DNA of 40,646 bases from a virus (lineage: Duplodnaviria; Caudoviricetes), in IMG/VR virus record IMGVR_UViG_3300020366_000002, positions 1 to 40,646 of that record, one strand, 5' to 3'. The translations under genes and the position numbers were made by a program. Below, in pieces: positions 27,319 through 36,756 of the stretch; position 1 is the stretch's first letter, and each line of letters starts with the position of its first letter. The notes beneath the pieces are model-generated. The model saw nothing but the letters and a program-made list of their open reading frames with translations. It did no database searches and was not told where the DNA came from.

Positions 27319-27664
27319 GTATCGCTCTCGATTTGAAGAAAGCATTGCCCTCTCCTTCGAGGAGGAGGGGGTCGTGTTCTCCTATGAAACTCTTAAATTA
27401 AAATATGAACAACCTCACACGTACACACCAGATTTTATTCTTCCTAACGGTATTATTATTGAAGCTAAAGGCTATTGGTTACCGAGCGATCGTACAAAGC
27501 ATAAGTATGTTCGGCAAAGTAATCCACAATATGATATCCGTTTTTGTTTTCAGAATGCGTACAATAGACTTAGCAAGAAGTCGAAGACAACGTATGCTGA
27601 ATACTGCGACAAGAATGGTTATCTCTGGTGTCATAAAAAGATACCCGAAGAATGGCTGATTTAG
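27287..27664 (+). CDS. Endonuclease I (gp3-like Holliday junction resolvase)
   Basis: YRSRFEE, YTPDFILPNGIIIEAKG and DIRFCFQ motifs. The ATG at 27287 is preferred over 27206. Confidence 0.95.
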   Translation: MRYRQNKHRSKYRSRFEESIALSFEEEGVVFSYETLKLKYEQPHTYTPDFILPNGIIIEAKGYWLPSDRTKHKYVRQSNPQYDIRFCFQNAYNRLSKKSKTTYAEYCDKNGYLWCHKKIPEEWLI

Positions 27665-29232
27665 AATCTACACTCACACACCAACCTTGCCCCGATTGTG
27701 GGTCAAGCGATGCACTCACTGTCAACACAGACGGTTCAACCAAATGTTTTAGTTGTGGTCAATTCACTCCATCAACTAATCATACAACACATATACCAAC
27801 ACAAATGACTAATAATTTTATTAGTGGAGAAGTCGTCGACTTACCCCACAGAAAGATAAACCGAGAAACTTGTAAACACTTTGGATACAAAATAGGTACT
27901 CTTAACGGAGAGCCTTGCCACATAGCTAGCTATAGAAATATGGATGGGGCTACAGTGGCACAGAAATATAGATTTAAAGACAAGAGCTTCCGATGCGAAG
28001 GTACTCCTCTTTATTTCTTTGGACAGAATTTAGCACCTAATGGTGGTAAGCGTTTAGTTATCACAGAAGGAGAGATAGACGCACTTACAGTTAGCCAAGT
28101 GTTCGACAACAAATGGCCTGTTGTTTCTCTTCCTAGTGGAGCACAGTCAGCTAAGAGTACATTTAAGAAACACTTTGAATGGTTAAGTTCTTGGGATGAA
28201 GTTGTACTTATGTTTGATAACGATGCACAAGGAATCAAAGCATCAGAAGAAGTATGTAACATCTTGCCCGCAGGTAAATGTAAGATAGCTAAGCTACCAC
28301 TCAAAGACCCTAACGAAATGCTACTTGCGGGTAAGGGTAAAGAGATAGTCTACTCGGTATACAATGCAAAGGTGTGGCGACCAGATGACATTGTCGATGG
28401 TGTTGATATTTACGATCTACTAAAAAATCCCAAAGAGAACCAATCAATCCCTTACCCATTCAACGGGCTCAATACTATGACTCGAGGTTTGCGTAAGGGA
28501 GAGATTGTGACTCTCTGTGCGGGTAGTGGTATAGGTAAGTCACAAATATGTAGAGTGATTGCCCACCATATATTAACTGCAACGGAATGTAACATAGGAT
28601 ACATAGCACTAGAAGAATCTTTAGAAAGAACTGCTAACGGAATATTGGGTATTCATATGAATAAACAATTACACCTCGAGCCTCATAGTTTCACAGATGA
28701 TACGGAGAAGGCATTCAACGAAACTGTAGGCTCGGGGCGATTCTTTATGTATGACCATTGGGGTTCTATGGAAGGAGACAATCTTATAGGACGTATACGC
28801 TATATGGCTAAATGTCTAGACGTTGAGTACGTCGTCCTCGACCACCTCTCCATAGTTGTGAGTGGTATAGGCGAAGGGGATGAGCGTCGTATGATTGATA
28901 ACACTATGACTAAGCTACGTTCCTTGGTAGAAGAAACTAAGATAGGAATGATTCTAGTATCTCATTTAAAAAGACCCGAAGGTAAAGGACATGAAGATGG
29001 TGCTGTTACAAGTTTAGCACAACTACGTGGCTCAGCCGCTATCGCTCAACTTAGTGATATGGTTATAGGTCTTGAGAGAGATCAGCAAGATCCCGAAAAC
29101 AAAAACCAAACGGTTGTGCGTGTACTCAAGAATCGCTTTAGTGGTGAGACTGGTATAGCTACTGGACTACATTACAATTCAGATACTGGAGCTCTTACAG
29201 AAACAGTATTAGACATAGAGAACCCATTTTAA
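27652..29232 (+). CDS. Primase/helicase (gp4-like)
   Basis: Zinc finger CPDC...CFSC, TOPRIM ITEGEIDA and FDND, Walker A GSGIGKS, LRGS and KNRFSGETG. Confidence 0.97.
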   Translation: MADLESTLTHQPCPDCGSSDALTVNTDGSTKCFSCGQFTPSTNHTTHIPTQMTNNFISGEVVDLPHRKINRETCKHFGYKIGTLNGEPCHIASYRNMDGATVAQKYRFKDKSFRCEGTPLYFFGQNLAPNGGKRLVITEGEIDALTVSQVFDNKWPVVSLPSGAQSAKSTFKKHFEWLSSWDEVVLMFDNDAQGIKASEEVCNILPAGKCKIAKLPLKDPNEMLLAGKGKEIVYSVYNAKVWRPDDIVDGVDIYDLLKNPKENQSIPYPFNGLNTMTRGLRKGEIVTLCAGSGIGKSQICRVIAHHILTATECNIGYIALEESLERTANGILGIHMNKQLHLEPHSFTDDTEKAFNETVGSGRFFMYDHWGSMEGDNLIGRIRYMAKCLDVEYVVLDHLSIVVSGIGEGDERRMIDNTMTKLRSLVEETKIGMILVSHLKRPEGKGHEDGAVTSLAQLRGSAAIAQLSDMVIGLERDQQDPENKNQTVVRVLKNRFSGETGIATGLHYNSDTGALTETVLDIENPF

Positions 29233-29233
29233 A

Positions 29234-31018
29234 ATGAACTTATTTTTTGATATAGAAACAAACGGGTTGACTGATTGGAATAGACAGAGCGACCTAGAGA
29301 CTGTACATTGTATGGTAATTATAGATGAAGACAACAACGTCTTCAGATATCAGAATCATTCAATGGAGTATGGTTTACAAAAGTTATCTACGGCTGATTG
29401 TATTATAGGACATAATTCAATTAGCTTTGATTACCCCGCCCTAAAGAAACTCTATGGATTCACACACGATAACATAGGGGACACTATGATTATGGCTAGG
29501 TGTATCTACCCAGATATCAAAGTAAATGACTTGAATGCACAGAGAGATAAATCAATCATAGGCTCACACAGTTTAAAAGCTTGGGGTATACGTATAGGAC
29601 AACAGAAGTCTGACCACGGTGCTACTGAGGATTGGACACAGTGGTCTCAAGAGATGGAGGAATACTGTGTACAAGACGTTGTCGTAACCAAAGCTATCTA
29701 CGACTTCCTAATGACAAAGAAACCAAGTCAACAAATGATTGACCTCGAACACTCTTTTGCAAAACTTATGCGAACTCAAGAGTGGAATGGTTTCCCTTTT
29801 GACGTAGACAAAGCTGTAAACTTAGCTGAAGAACTTTGTGTACGTCGTGTTGAACTCAAGTCAGAATTAGAAGAAGTGTTTGAACCCACTGTAATTACTA
29901 TGAAAAGTAAATGGTGGGTTAATCGTAATGGCGATCAGTTTCCTACAAAGAAAGCTATGCTTGAGTCTGGCTACAAAGCAAATGAGTGTTTTGAAGGCGA
30001 CCATAAAACAAAAGTAATACCATTTAATCCTGCATCAAGAGATCAGATAGCTGACCGATTACTGAAGCGTGGGTGGAAACCTAATGCTTACGAAGGTAAA
30101 CGACCCGCTATCAATGAAGGTGTTCTTAAAAGTATAAACACACCAGAATCTCTGTTGTTACTTGAGTACTTACTTGTATCTAAGAGATTAGGACAGTTAG
30201 TTGAGGGTAGCCAAGGTTGGATTAAGTTAGAAAAGAATGGACGTATACACGGTTCAGTCATTACTAATGGTACTGTATCGGGACGTTGTAGTCATCGTAA
30301 TCCTAATGTAGCTCAAGTGCCTGCAGTACGTGCCCCTTATGGTACAGAATGTAGAGAACTATTTACTGCCCCTAAAGGTAAAGTATTAGTAGGATGTGAC
30401 GCATCTGGTTTAGAGCTTAGATGCTTAGCACACTATATGCATCCTTGGGACAAAGGAGCGTATGCTAAGGAGATACTCGAAGGTGACATTCATACTGCTA
30501 ATCAAAAAGCCGCAGGTCTAGAGACTAGAGACCAAGCTAAGACTTTCATCTATGCTTTCCTATATGGAGCGGGAGATCAGAAGCTAGGCTCTATATCTGA
30601 AGGTGGTGTTAAAGAAGGTAAACGATTGAAGACGTCGTTTATGAATAAGACTCCTGCTATTAAACATTTAACTGAAGCAGTATCTCAAGCAGTGTCTAGT
30701 AAAGCTTACCTTGTTGGTTTAGATGGTCGTCATCTACCTTGTAGGTCAGCACACTCAGCACTCAACTTATTACTACAATCAGCGGGAGCTGTCATTATGA
30801 AACAAGCTACTGTTCAGTTCTCTAAGATCGCCAAGAAACCTTACGAGTTACACGCCAACGTTCACGACGAAGCACAGTTTAGTTGCCTACCAGAACACGC
30901 TGATGAGCTTGGTCAGAATTTTGTTGACTCCATCGTAGAGGCAGGCAAGATACTAAAATTTAATTGTCCACTTGACGGAGAGTACAAGATAGGACACAAC
31001 TGGAAAGAAACCCATTAA
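29234..31018 (+). CDS. DNA polymerase, family A (gp5-like)
   Basis: Exonuclease motif DIET, DASGLELR, RDQAKTFIYAFLYG and VHDE. Confidence 0.97.
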   Translation: MNLFFDIETNGLTDWNRQSDLETVHCMVIIDEDNNVFRYQNHSMEYGLQKLSTADCIIGHNSISFDYPALKKLYGFTHDNIGDTMIMARCIYPDIKVNDLNAQRDKSIIGSHSLKAWGIRIGQQKSDHGATEDWTQWSQEMEEYCVQDVVVTKAIYDFLMTKKPSQQMIDLEHSFAKLMRTQEWNGFPFDVDKAVNLAEELCVRRVELKSELEEVFEPTVITMKSKWWVNRNGDQFPTKKAMLESGYKANECFEGDHKTKVIPFNPASRDQIADRLLKRGWKPNAYEGKRPAINEGVLKSINTPESLLLLEYLLVSKRLGQLVEGSQGWIKLEKNGRIHGSVITNGTVSGRCSHRNPNVAQVPAVRAPYGTECRELFTAPKGKVLVGCDASGLELRCLAHYMHPWDKGAYAKEILEGDIHTANQKAAGLETRDQAKTFIYAFLYGAGDQKLGSISEGGVKEGKRLKTSFMNKTPAIKHLTEAVSQAVSSKAYLVGLDGRHLPCRSAHSALNLLLQSAGAVIMKQATVQFSKIAKKPYELHANVHDEAQFSCLPEHADELGQNFVDSIVEAGKILKFNCPLDGEYKIGHNWKETH

Positions 31019-31023
31019 CATAT

Positions 31024-31170
31024 ATGCAAACAACATTCACAGTAACACAAACATTCAAAGTAACAGCCAATACGTTAGCCGAAGTAGAATCAGCAGTAAG
31101 CTCTGATGATTACTCAGACGTTGACATTGACTTAGATAAAACTAAAACAATTATAGAACCCGCAATATGA
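31024..31170 (+). CDS. Small hypothetical protein (48 aa, absent from the ORF track)
   Basis: MQTTFTVTQTFKVTANTLAEVESAVSSDDYSDVDIDLDKTKTIIEPAI fills the gap and overlaps the next gene at ATGA. Confidence 0.7.
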   Translation: MQTTFTVTQTFKVTANTLAEVESAVSSDDYSDVDIDLDKTKTIIEPAI

Positions 31171-31898
31171 GTAAAGCAGTATTAGATGGCGATATGATCG
31201 CTTACCGAGCCGCATTCGGTTCGGAACACGAAATACGATGGGATGATGACTTGTTCACATTACATCTCGACCTTAACGAAGCCTTAGATAAAGTACACAC
31301 AGCTCTTGTTGCTATACTACATAAGCTAAATACTACAGACTACGTTACTGTATTTAGTCCTTCTAAAACATTTAGGCACGATTTAAGTCCAAGTTATAAA
31401 GCTAATCGTAAAGATAAACGTAAGCCATTAGGTTTAAAAGTTTTGATGCACGAAGTTTATGAAATACATAATGGTATACGTCACGATGACATTGAAGCTG
31501 ATGACTTGATTGGTATTCTATGTACAGGTGATGATAGTTGCATCGCTGTAAGTGGCGATAAAGACTTTGCTACATTACCTTGTAAGTGGTACAACTTTCT
31601 TAAAGACGAACTGTCTGAGCGTACTGTAGAAGAAGCTAACTATAATCATTTAATACAGACACTCACAGGTGACTCTACAGATGGTTATATGGGAGTCAAA
31701 GGTATTGGCCCTAAGACTGCCGAGAAACTACTTAAATCAAAAGGTGCTACGTGGGAGTCTATAGTTGACATTTATGAATCAAAAGGTATGACTGAAGAGG
31801 AAGCATTACTAAATGCACGTTTGGCTTATATTCTTAGATCGGACGACTACGACCTCGAAACCAAACAAATAAAACAGCTATGGAATCCAAATCAATAA
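31167..31898 (+). CDS. 5'-3' exonuclease (gp6-like)
   Basis: LDGD, YKANR, EADD, DKD and GDSTDGYMGVKGIG motifs. Confidence 0.95.
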   Translation: MSKAVLDGDMIAYRAAFGSEHEIRWDDDLFTLHLDLNEALDKVHTALVAILHKLNTTDYVTVFSPSKTFRHDLSPSYKANRKDKRKPLGLKVLMHEVYEIHNGIRHDDIEADDLIGILCTGDDSCIAVSGDKDFATLPCKWYNFLKDELSERTVEEANYNHLIQTLTGDSTDGYMGVKGIGPKTAEKLLKSKGATWESIVDIYESKGMTEEEALLNARLAYILRSDDYDLETKQIKQLWNPNQ

Positions 31899-32236
31899 TA
31901 CCAGATACAGGAGAACGCTCTAACTTTGAGACTGGAGCAGTTCGTGATGCAATGGAGGGAAAAGGCTTACCTTCATTATTGCCCCTAGAATCCCTCAGAA
32001 GGGCCTCTAAGAGGTTCGAGGATGGGGCGACTAAGTACGGTCGAAATAACTGGCAAAAAGGCATACCTATGAGCCGTTATGTGGACGCTCTGTACCGTCA
32101 TCTTTGGCAATTTATGGAAAATGACCAAAAAGAAGACCACGGAGGGGCTATTATTTGGAATGCTATGTGTCTAGTACAGACGCAAAAGTGGATAGAAGAG
32201 GGTAAATTACCCGAAAGTTTAAACGATATTAATTAA
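31880..32236 (+). CDS. dATP/dGTP diphosphohydrolase-like (DUF5664-like) protein
   Basis: FETGAVRD, GATKYGRNNWQKG, ALYRHL and EDH motifs. Confidence 0.75.
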   Translation: MESKSIIPDTGERSNFETGAVRDAMEGKGLPSLLPLESLRRASKRFEDGATKYGRNNWQKGIPMSRYVDALYRHLWQFMENDQKEDHGGAIIWNAMCLVQTQKWIEEGKLPESLNDIN

Positions 32237-32240
32237 ATAA

Positions 32241-32253
32241 AGGACTAATATGA
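32241..32253 (+). promoter_or_regulatory. Candidate phage RNAP promoter, copy 2 (start of late region)
   Basis: AGGACTAATATGA at the boundary between replication and structural genes. Confidence 0.6.
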
Positions 32254-32435
32254 AGAACCCAACTATTCCCAAAGAAATAATTGATTATTTAGAGGAGTTA
32301 TATCCACCTATGGATCATACTCCTTCAACTCCTGTAAGGGAAATCGATTACTACAACGGTAAAAGGCAAGTTATTAATCACTTACGCTCTCGCTATGTAG
32401 AGCAAAACGAAAACATACTAACTCGAGAAATATAA
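32250..32435 (+). CDS. Conserved-type small protein preceding the portal
   Basis: LEELYP...GKRQVINHLR pattern seen before portal genes of T7-like phages. Confidence 0.7.
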   Translation: MKNPTIPKEIIDYLEELYPPMDHTPSTPVREIDYYNGKRQVINHLRSRYVEQNENILTREI

Positions 32436-32439
32436 TATT

Positions 32440-32643
32440 ATGTGTATGCCAAAAGCACCCAAGATCCCAGATCCGATTGCACCACCTCCAGCTCCTCCGC
32501 CTCCTACTAAAACAGCTAAGAAGGTAGAAGAAGTTAAGAAGAAACCTGGACAAACAGGTAGTCGTGGAACTGCCGCTCTTACAGTGCGTCGTCCATCGAC
32601 GAATGTAAATTCAGCGGGTTCTGGAGCAAATATATCTTACTAA
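32440..32643 (+). CDS. Small Pro/Lys-rich virion assembly protein (gp6.7/7.3 position)
   Basis: MC start, polyproline stretch, GTAALTV; immediately before the portal. Confidence 0.7.
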   Translation: MCMPKAPKIPDPIAPPPAPPPPTKTAKKVEEVKKKPGQTGSRGTAALTVRRPSTNVNSAGSGANISY

Positions 32644-32646
32644 TAG

Positions 32647-34185
32647 ATGATAAATAGCACGGCTCAAGAGATCTATACTGTCCTAGAAGGCAAGCGGCAT
32701 CAATTCCTAGATCGTGCCCGTGATTGCTCTAAACTGACTTTACCCTACATTCTTCCAGAAGAAGGATTTGGCTCGCATAGTCGCTTAGAAACCCCCTTTG
32801 CGAGCGTTGCGGCACGCGGAGTAAATAACCTCGCCAGTAAATTATTGTTAGCACTCCTACCCCCGAACGCTCCTTTCTTTCGCCTTCAAGTGGATTCCTT
32901 TGCTCTTAAAAGTGAAGGAGCACCCGAGGAGCTTATTAGTTCCATAGAGGCTCAACTCCAACAAGTAGAGGAGGCAGTCATGGATGAGGTCTCAAGAGAG
33001 ACTTATCGTACTGCATTACACGAAGCCCTAAAGCACCTAATAATCACAGGTAACGCACTTATGTACATTCCAGATACTGGTGGAATGCGTGTGTTCCACT
33101 TAGATAGGTATGTAGTAGAAAGAGATCCTATGGGTAATATTATCTATATTGCCACAAAGGAGAATCTTTCATATTCCGCTTTAACTCCCGATATGCAAGC
33201 AGTATGTGGTCAAGAGGGTGCAAGTCCCGACGACGACGTCGAACTATATACAGCAGTATGTCGTAAGAAAAATAAGTGGGAAGTATTCCAAGATATAAAT
33301 GGAGTACGTGTACCTAACTCTGAAGGTACTTATAAATTAGACAAATGTCCTTTTGTACCATTAAGGTTTTCTCGAATTGATGGAGAGCATTACGGACGTG
33401 GTTATGTAGAAGAATACCTAGGAGACATTCAGAGTCTTGAAGGATTAACTAGAGCTATCGTTGAAGGTTCTTCAGCGTCAGCTAAGGTCTTATTCCTTGT
33501 AAACCCTAACGGTACAACTAGACCTAAAGTACTAGCAGAGTCTCCTAATGGAGCTATAGTACAAGGTAACGCTCAAGATGTAACTGTATTACAAGTACAG
33601 AAACATAATGACCTAAGAGTAGCCCAAGAAACTATGGGAGCGATCAAGGAAAGACTTGGTCACGCTTTCTTGTTAACAAGTGGTACTGTACGTAATGCAG
33701 AGCGTGTCACTGCTGAAGAGATCAGAATGCTCTCTATGGAGCTTGAGAATGCTCTAGGTGGTGTATATAGCTTATTTAGTACAGAGCTCTCTATGCCTAT
33801 GATACATCGTATTATGGCTGTTATGAATAAGAAACGTCGTCTACCTAAACTACCTAAGGATGTAATTAACCCTGTCATTATAACAGGTGTAGAAGCCCTT
33901 GGACGTGGTAATGATTTACAGAAACTAGATATGTTCCTTAGTGGAGCGGCTCAGATGTTTGGCCCAGAGGTTCTCCAACAGTATGTAAATCCAAATGAAT
34001 ACTTTAAACGTCGTGCTACAAGTCTTGGTATTAAAACAGCAGGACTTGTAAAGACAACAGAAGAAATAGAACAAGAAGTGCAACAACAGCAAGCTATGCA
34101 AATGACTGAGAAGTTAGGCCCTTCTGGTATTAAAGCTATTTCTGACCAAGCAAAAAATCAACAACTACCAATAGAAGGCGAGTAA
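32647..34185 (+). CDS. Portal / head-tail connector (gp8-like)
   Basis: ARGVNNLASKLLLALLPP, GEHYGRGYVEEY, AERVTAEEIR and ALGRG motifs. Confidence 0.97.
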   Translation: MINSTAQEIYTVLEGKRHQFLDRARDCSKLTLPYILPEEGFGSHSRLETPFASVAARGVNNLASKLLLALLPPNAPFFRLQVDSFALKSEGAPEELISSIEAQLQQVEEAVMDEVSRETYRTALHEALKHLIITGNALMYIPDTGGMRVFHLDRYVVERDPMGNIIYIATKENLSYSALTPDMQAVCGQEGASPDDDVELYTAVCRKKNKWEVFQDINGVRVPNSEGTYKLDKCPFVPLRFSRIDGEHYGRGYVEEYLGDIQSLEGLTRAIVEGSSASAKVLFLVNPNGTTRPKVLAESPNGAIVQGNAQDVTVLQVQKHNDLRVAQETMGAIKERLGHAFLLTSGTVRNAERVTAEEIRMLSMELENALGGVYSLFSTELSMPMIHRIMAVMNKKRRLPKLPKDVINPVIITGVEALGRGNDLQKLDMFLSGAAQMFGPEVLQQYVNPNEYFKRRATSLGIKTAGLVKTTEEIEQEVQQQQAMQMTEKLGPSGIKAISDQAKNQQLPIEGE

Positions 34186-34188
34186 ACT

Positions 34189-34956
34189 ATGGAAAAAGTC
34201 GTGATAAACGAACCAACCGAGGGGGAGAATTTATCTCTCGAAGAAGAACTAAAAATGCAAGAAGAGGCTAGAGCCAAAAACGGCACTGCTGAACCTAATG
34301 TAACAGAATCAACAGAAGAACGCCCAGAGTGGTTAAACGAGAAGTTTAAATCACCAGAGGAACTAGCTAAAGCTTATGAAGAACTTGAACGAAAGCAAGG
34401 GGGAGAAGAAGAACAAGAAACCGAAAGTGAAGACGGTGACGTTGAATCCGAAAGTGACAGTTCTGATAATCCGATCAGCTTAGCTCAAGATTACTATAAT
34501 GAAAACGGAGAGCTTTCCGAGGATATGTACAAAGGTCTTGCAGATGCGGGCATACCAAAAGAACTGGTAGATAGCTACATCGCAGGACAAGAAGCTATTC
34601 TTGGAAATGAAACTAAACAGATACAGGATTCCATCGGTGGGCCAGAGGTCTACGAGTCGATGGTCGAGTGGGCTCAGAATAATCTTACAGATGAGGAGAT
34701 AACTGCCTACGACGACGTCGTCAGTGAAGGAACTTTAGAGCAATCTAAAATGGCTGTAGCGGGTATGTTTGCACGTTTCAAGGACGCAGGAGGTAAAGCA
34801 CCAGAATTACTTAGTGGCTCAACCACTGGAAGTGCTGTAAAACCCTTTAGATCTGCCGCTCAAGTGACAGAAGCTATGCGTGATCCTAGATACCAAAATG
34901 ACCCTGCATATCGTGCTGAAGTCGAGCGTAGATTAGCTGTATCTAACGCATTTTAA
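34189..34956 (+). CDS. Capsid scaffolding protein (gp9-like)
   Basis: RPEWLNEKF, LAKAYEELE and AMRDPRY...YRAEVERRL motifs. Confidence 0.95.
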   Translation: MEKVVINEPTEGENLSLEEELKMQEEARAKNGTAEPNVTESTEERPEWLNEKFKSPEELAKAYEELERKQGGEEEQETESEDGDVESESDSSDNPISLAQDYYNENGELSEDMYKGLADAGIPKELVDSYIAGQEAILGNETKQIQDSIGGPEVYESMVEWAQNNLTDEEITAYDDVVSEGTLEQSKMAVAGMFARFKDAGGKAPELLSGSTTGSAVKPFRSAAQVTEAMRDPRYQNDPAYRAEVERRLAVSNAF

Positions 34957-34959
34957 TTG

Positions 34960-34972
34960 AGGACTAATATGA
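34960..34972 (+). promoter_or_regulatory. Candidate phage RNAP promoter, copy 3 (directly after scaffold, phi10-like position)
   Basis: AGGACTAATATGA. The next real gene starts at 34979 in a different frame from the motif's ATG. Confidence 0.6.
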
Positions 34973-34978
34973 ATAACT

Positions 34979-35140
34979 ATGCCAGAAACAACATTAGAAA
35001 TCCTCGAGAAAGGGCTCAACGCTATGACCTTAGCGTGTGAAGCGTTAACTAAACAAAACGATGTACTCAACAAAGATATAGAAGGTCTTAAAAATAAAGT
35101 GAGTCGTCTAGAAGAAAAAATTATAATTAATAAAGAATGA
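34979..35140 (+). CDS. Small coiled-coil protein (53 aa, absent from the ORF track)
   Basis: MPETTLEILEKGLNAMTLACEALTKQNDVLNKDIEGLKNKVSRLEEKIIINKE; ATGA overlap with the next gene. Confidence 0.7.
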   Translation: MPETTLEILEKGLNAMTLACEALTKQNDVLNKDIEGLKNKVSRLEEKIIINKE

Positions 35141-35541
35141 CAACAGAATTAGTAGCAATGCTTGGTGGTGGAGCTAGTGGCTTCATCTTCAAGTTGATTG
35201 GTACGTTAGTCAATGCACAAGCATCTAACGTAGACAATCTAATTAAAAAGTCACAAGCATATACTGAAAGTGCTGATGCCGCAGATAAACGTGGTGGAGC
35301 AGGAGGTGCTTGGGTACGTCGATTCATCGTAGTCGTCGTCCTATTCGGAGTTGTTGTAGCCCCATTCTTATTAGCCCATAGTGGCGATGGAGTAACAGTA
35401 GCTAGTGAGTATAGTAAATGGTTTGGTTTCATAACTGGTACATCCTATGAGACCCTACACGGATACGTCATACTCCCAGAGATCCGTACCTCCATCATAA
35501 CCATCGTATCCTTTTACTTCGGTTCATCAACTGTTAAATAA
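35137..35541 (+). CDS. Membrane protein, 3-TM holin-like
   Basis: Hydrophobic N-terminus, WVRRFIVVVVLFGVVVAPFLL, and C-terminal IITIVSFYFGSS. Confidence 0.6.
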   Translation: MTTELVAMLGGGASGFIFKLIGTLVNAQASNVDNLIKKSQAYTESADAADKRGGAGGAWVRRFIVVVVLFGVVVAPFLLAHSGDGVTVASEYSKWFGFITGTSYETLHGYVILPEIRTSIITIVSFYFGSSTVK

Positions 35542-35586
35542 TATGACTTGTTTACTTTGTGTTAACAGAACCAAGTGTCTTTGTAA

Positions 35587-36321
35587 ATGGACAAAAAATC
35601 AGCGAAAAAAATACTCCTTGAACATCAAGAAGCACTTAGAACGTTACTCGAATCACAAGGTCTTGGTGACGTTAAAGCAGATCTTAAAGAGATTAAAGAA
35701 ACTACTGAGGAAGGTAGGAAAGCTCTTAAGAAATCTTTGGTGGAGCGTATTAAGGATCTACCAGTCGTTCAAAAAGTAAGCGAATTAGGCACTGCGGGTA
35801 CTGTAGCCGTAGCCACGGCGGGTACTGCACAGGTTGGTATAGCTACTGACCTTACGACTGTATTCGTAGCTGAGATTGCAGAAGACGTCGTTGAAGAGAG
35901 ATTTGAAGTTCCTATGTTTATAGACAACTTCGTCGACTTCCACTCATTAAACGCTTGGGGTCAAGTAGTGATCGCTGAGAAGGTAGCTGAGATACAAGAG
36001 TTATCTAGTCCTTCCGAGGTTTCCGAACCACAACCGACACCCACTGATACTCCTGCGTCCGAGGACACCACACAGGAATCTTCTTCTTCTTCACAAGATA
36101 GTCCCGACGATAAGCCTTCTCAGAGTAAACCCACTGAATCAAGCCAAGAATCAAAAGCAGAGAAGTCAGAAACAACAGAAAATAAATCATCATCTGACGA
36201 GCCTAAGGAATCTCCAACAGAAGTCAAGAATGAACTACCTATCGTAGAGACACCTTTTGAACAGATGGGAGACGACATAAAGCCTCATTCAAGTATTAGA
36301 CTAGTATCACCAACATCATGA
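35587..36321 (+). CDS. Hypothetical protein: coiled coil, Ala/Thr/Gly segment, Ser/Glu/Pro-rich disordered tail
   Basis: 244-aa ORF with an ATGA overlap into the next gene. Confidence 0.75.
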   Translation: MDKKSAKKILLEHQEALRTLLESQGLGDVKADLKEIKETTEEGRKALKKSLVERIKDLPVVQKVSELGTAGTVAVATAGTAQVGIATDLTTVFVAEIAEDVVEERFEVPMFIDNFVDFHSLNAWGQVVIAEKVAEIQELSSPSEVSEPQPTPTDTPASEDTTQESSSSSQDSPDDKPSQSKPTESSQESKAEKSETTENKSSSDEPKESPTEVKNELPIVETPFEQMGDDIKPHSSIRLVSPTS

Positions 36322-36482
36322 TTGACTATTTATTCTTAAATTATAAAGACGATTTACTCGCTATAGCTTTTACCTATATCGGTATTGTATCGCTTATATT
36401 AATGTTTCTCCCTAAAAACAATTTCTTTAGCAAAGTCTTCAAAGAGTTTGCTTCAATATTTACATCAATATTTAAAAAATGA
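36318..36482 (+). CDS. Small single-TM protein (54 aa, absent from the ORF track)
   Basis: MIDYLFLNYKDDLLAIAFTYIGIVSLILMFLPKNNFFSKVFKEFASIFTSIFKK; ATGA overlaps at both ends. Confidence 0.75.
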   Translation: MIDYLFLNYKDDLLAIAFTYIGIVSLILMFLPKNNFFSKVFKEFASIFTSIFKK

Positions 36483-36751
36483 GTATAACAGAACCAGAAA
36501 CTAAAGAGTCCATAACTTGGATTACAATCGAACAAGATTGGGAGTGGTATTATTTTGTTCCATTACTTGATCGTGATGAATGGAGTGGTATCGACTACGA
36601 CAACGTCCAATATGGATGGGATGAATTAGACTACAGATTTGGAGTCGACTACCCCGCTATCCCAGAGCCCGCTGATGCAGGCTTTGTAGGAGCTATCTTG
36701 GTTGCTATATTCGTTGCATTTACCTATTTTAAAACCCGAACAAACAAATAA
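36479..36751 (+). CDS. Protein with C-terminal PEP-CTERM-like sorting signal
   Basis: Ends AIPEPADAGFVGAILVAIFVAFTYFKTRTNK: IPEP, then a TM helix, then a basic tail. Confidence 0.75.
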   Translation: MSITEPETKESITWITIEQDWEWYYFVPLLDRDEWSGIDYDNVQYGWDELDYRFGVDYPAIPEPADAGFVGAILVAIFVAFTYFKTRTNK

Positions 36752-36756
36752 TAACT

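Noticed and set aside
35543-35779. 78-aa Cys/Lys-rich ORF
   Set aside because: It mostly overlaps the 244-aa gene in another frame. Unresolved, but not supported.
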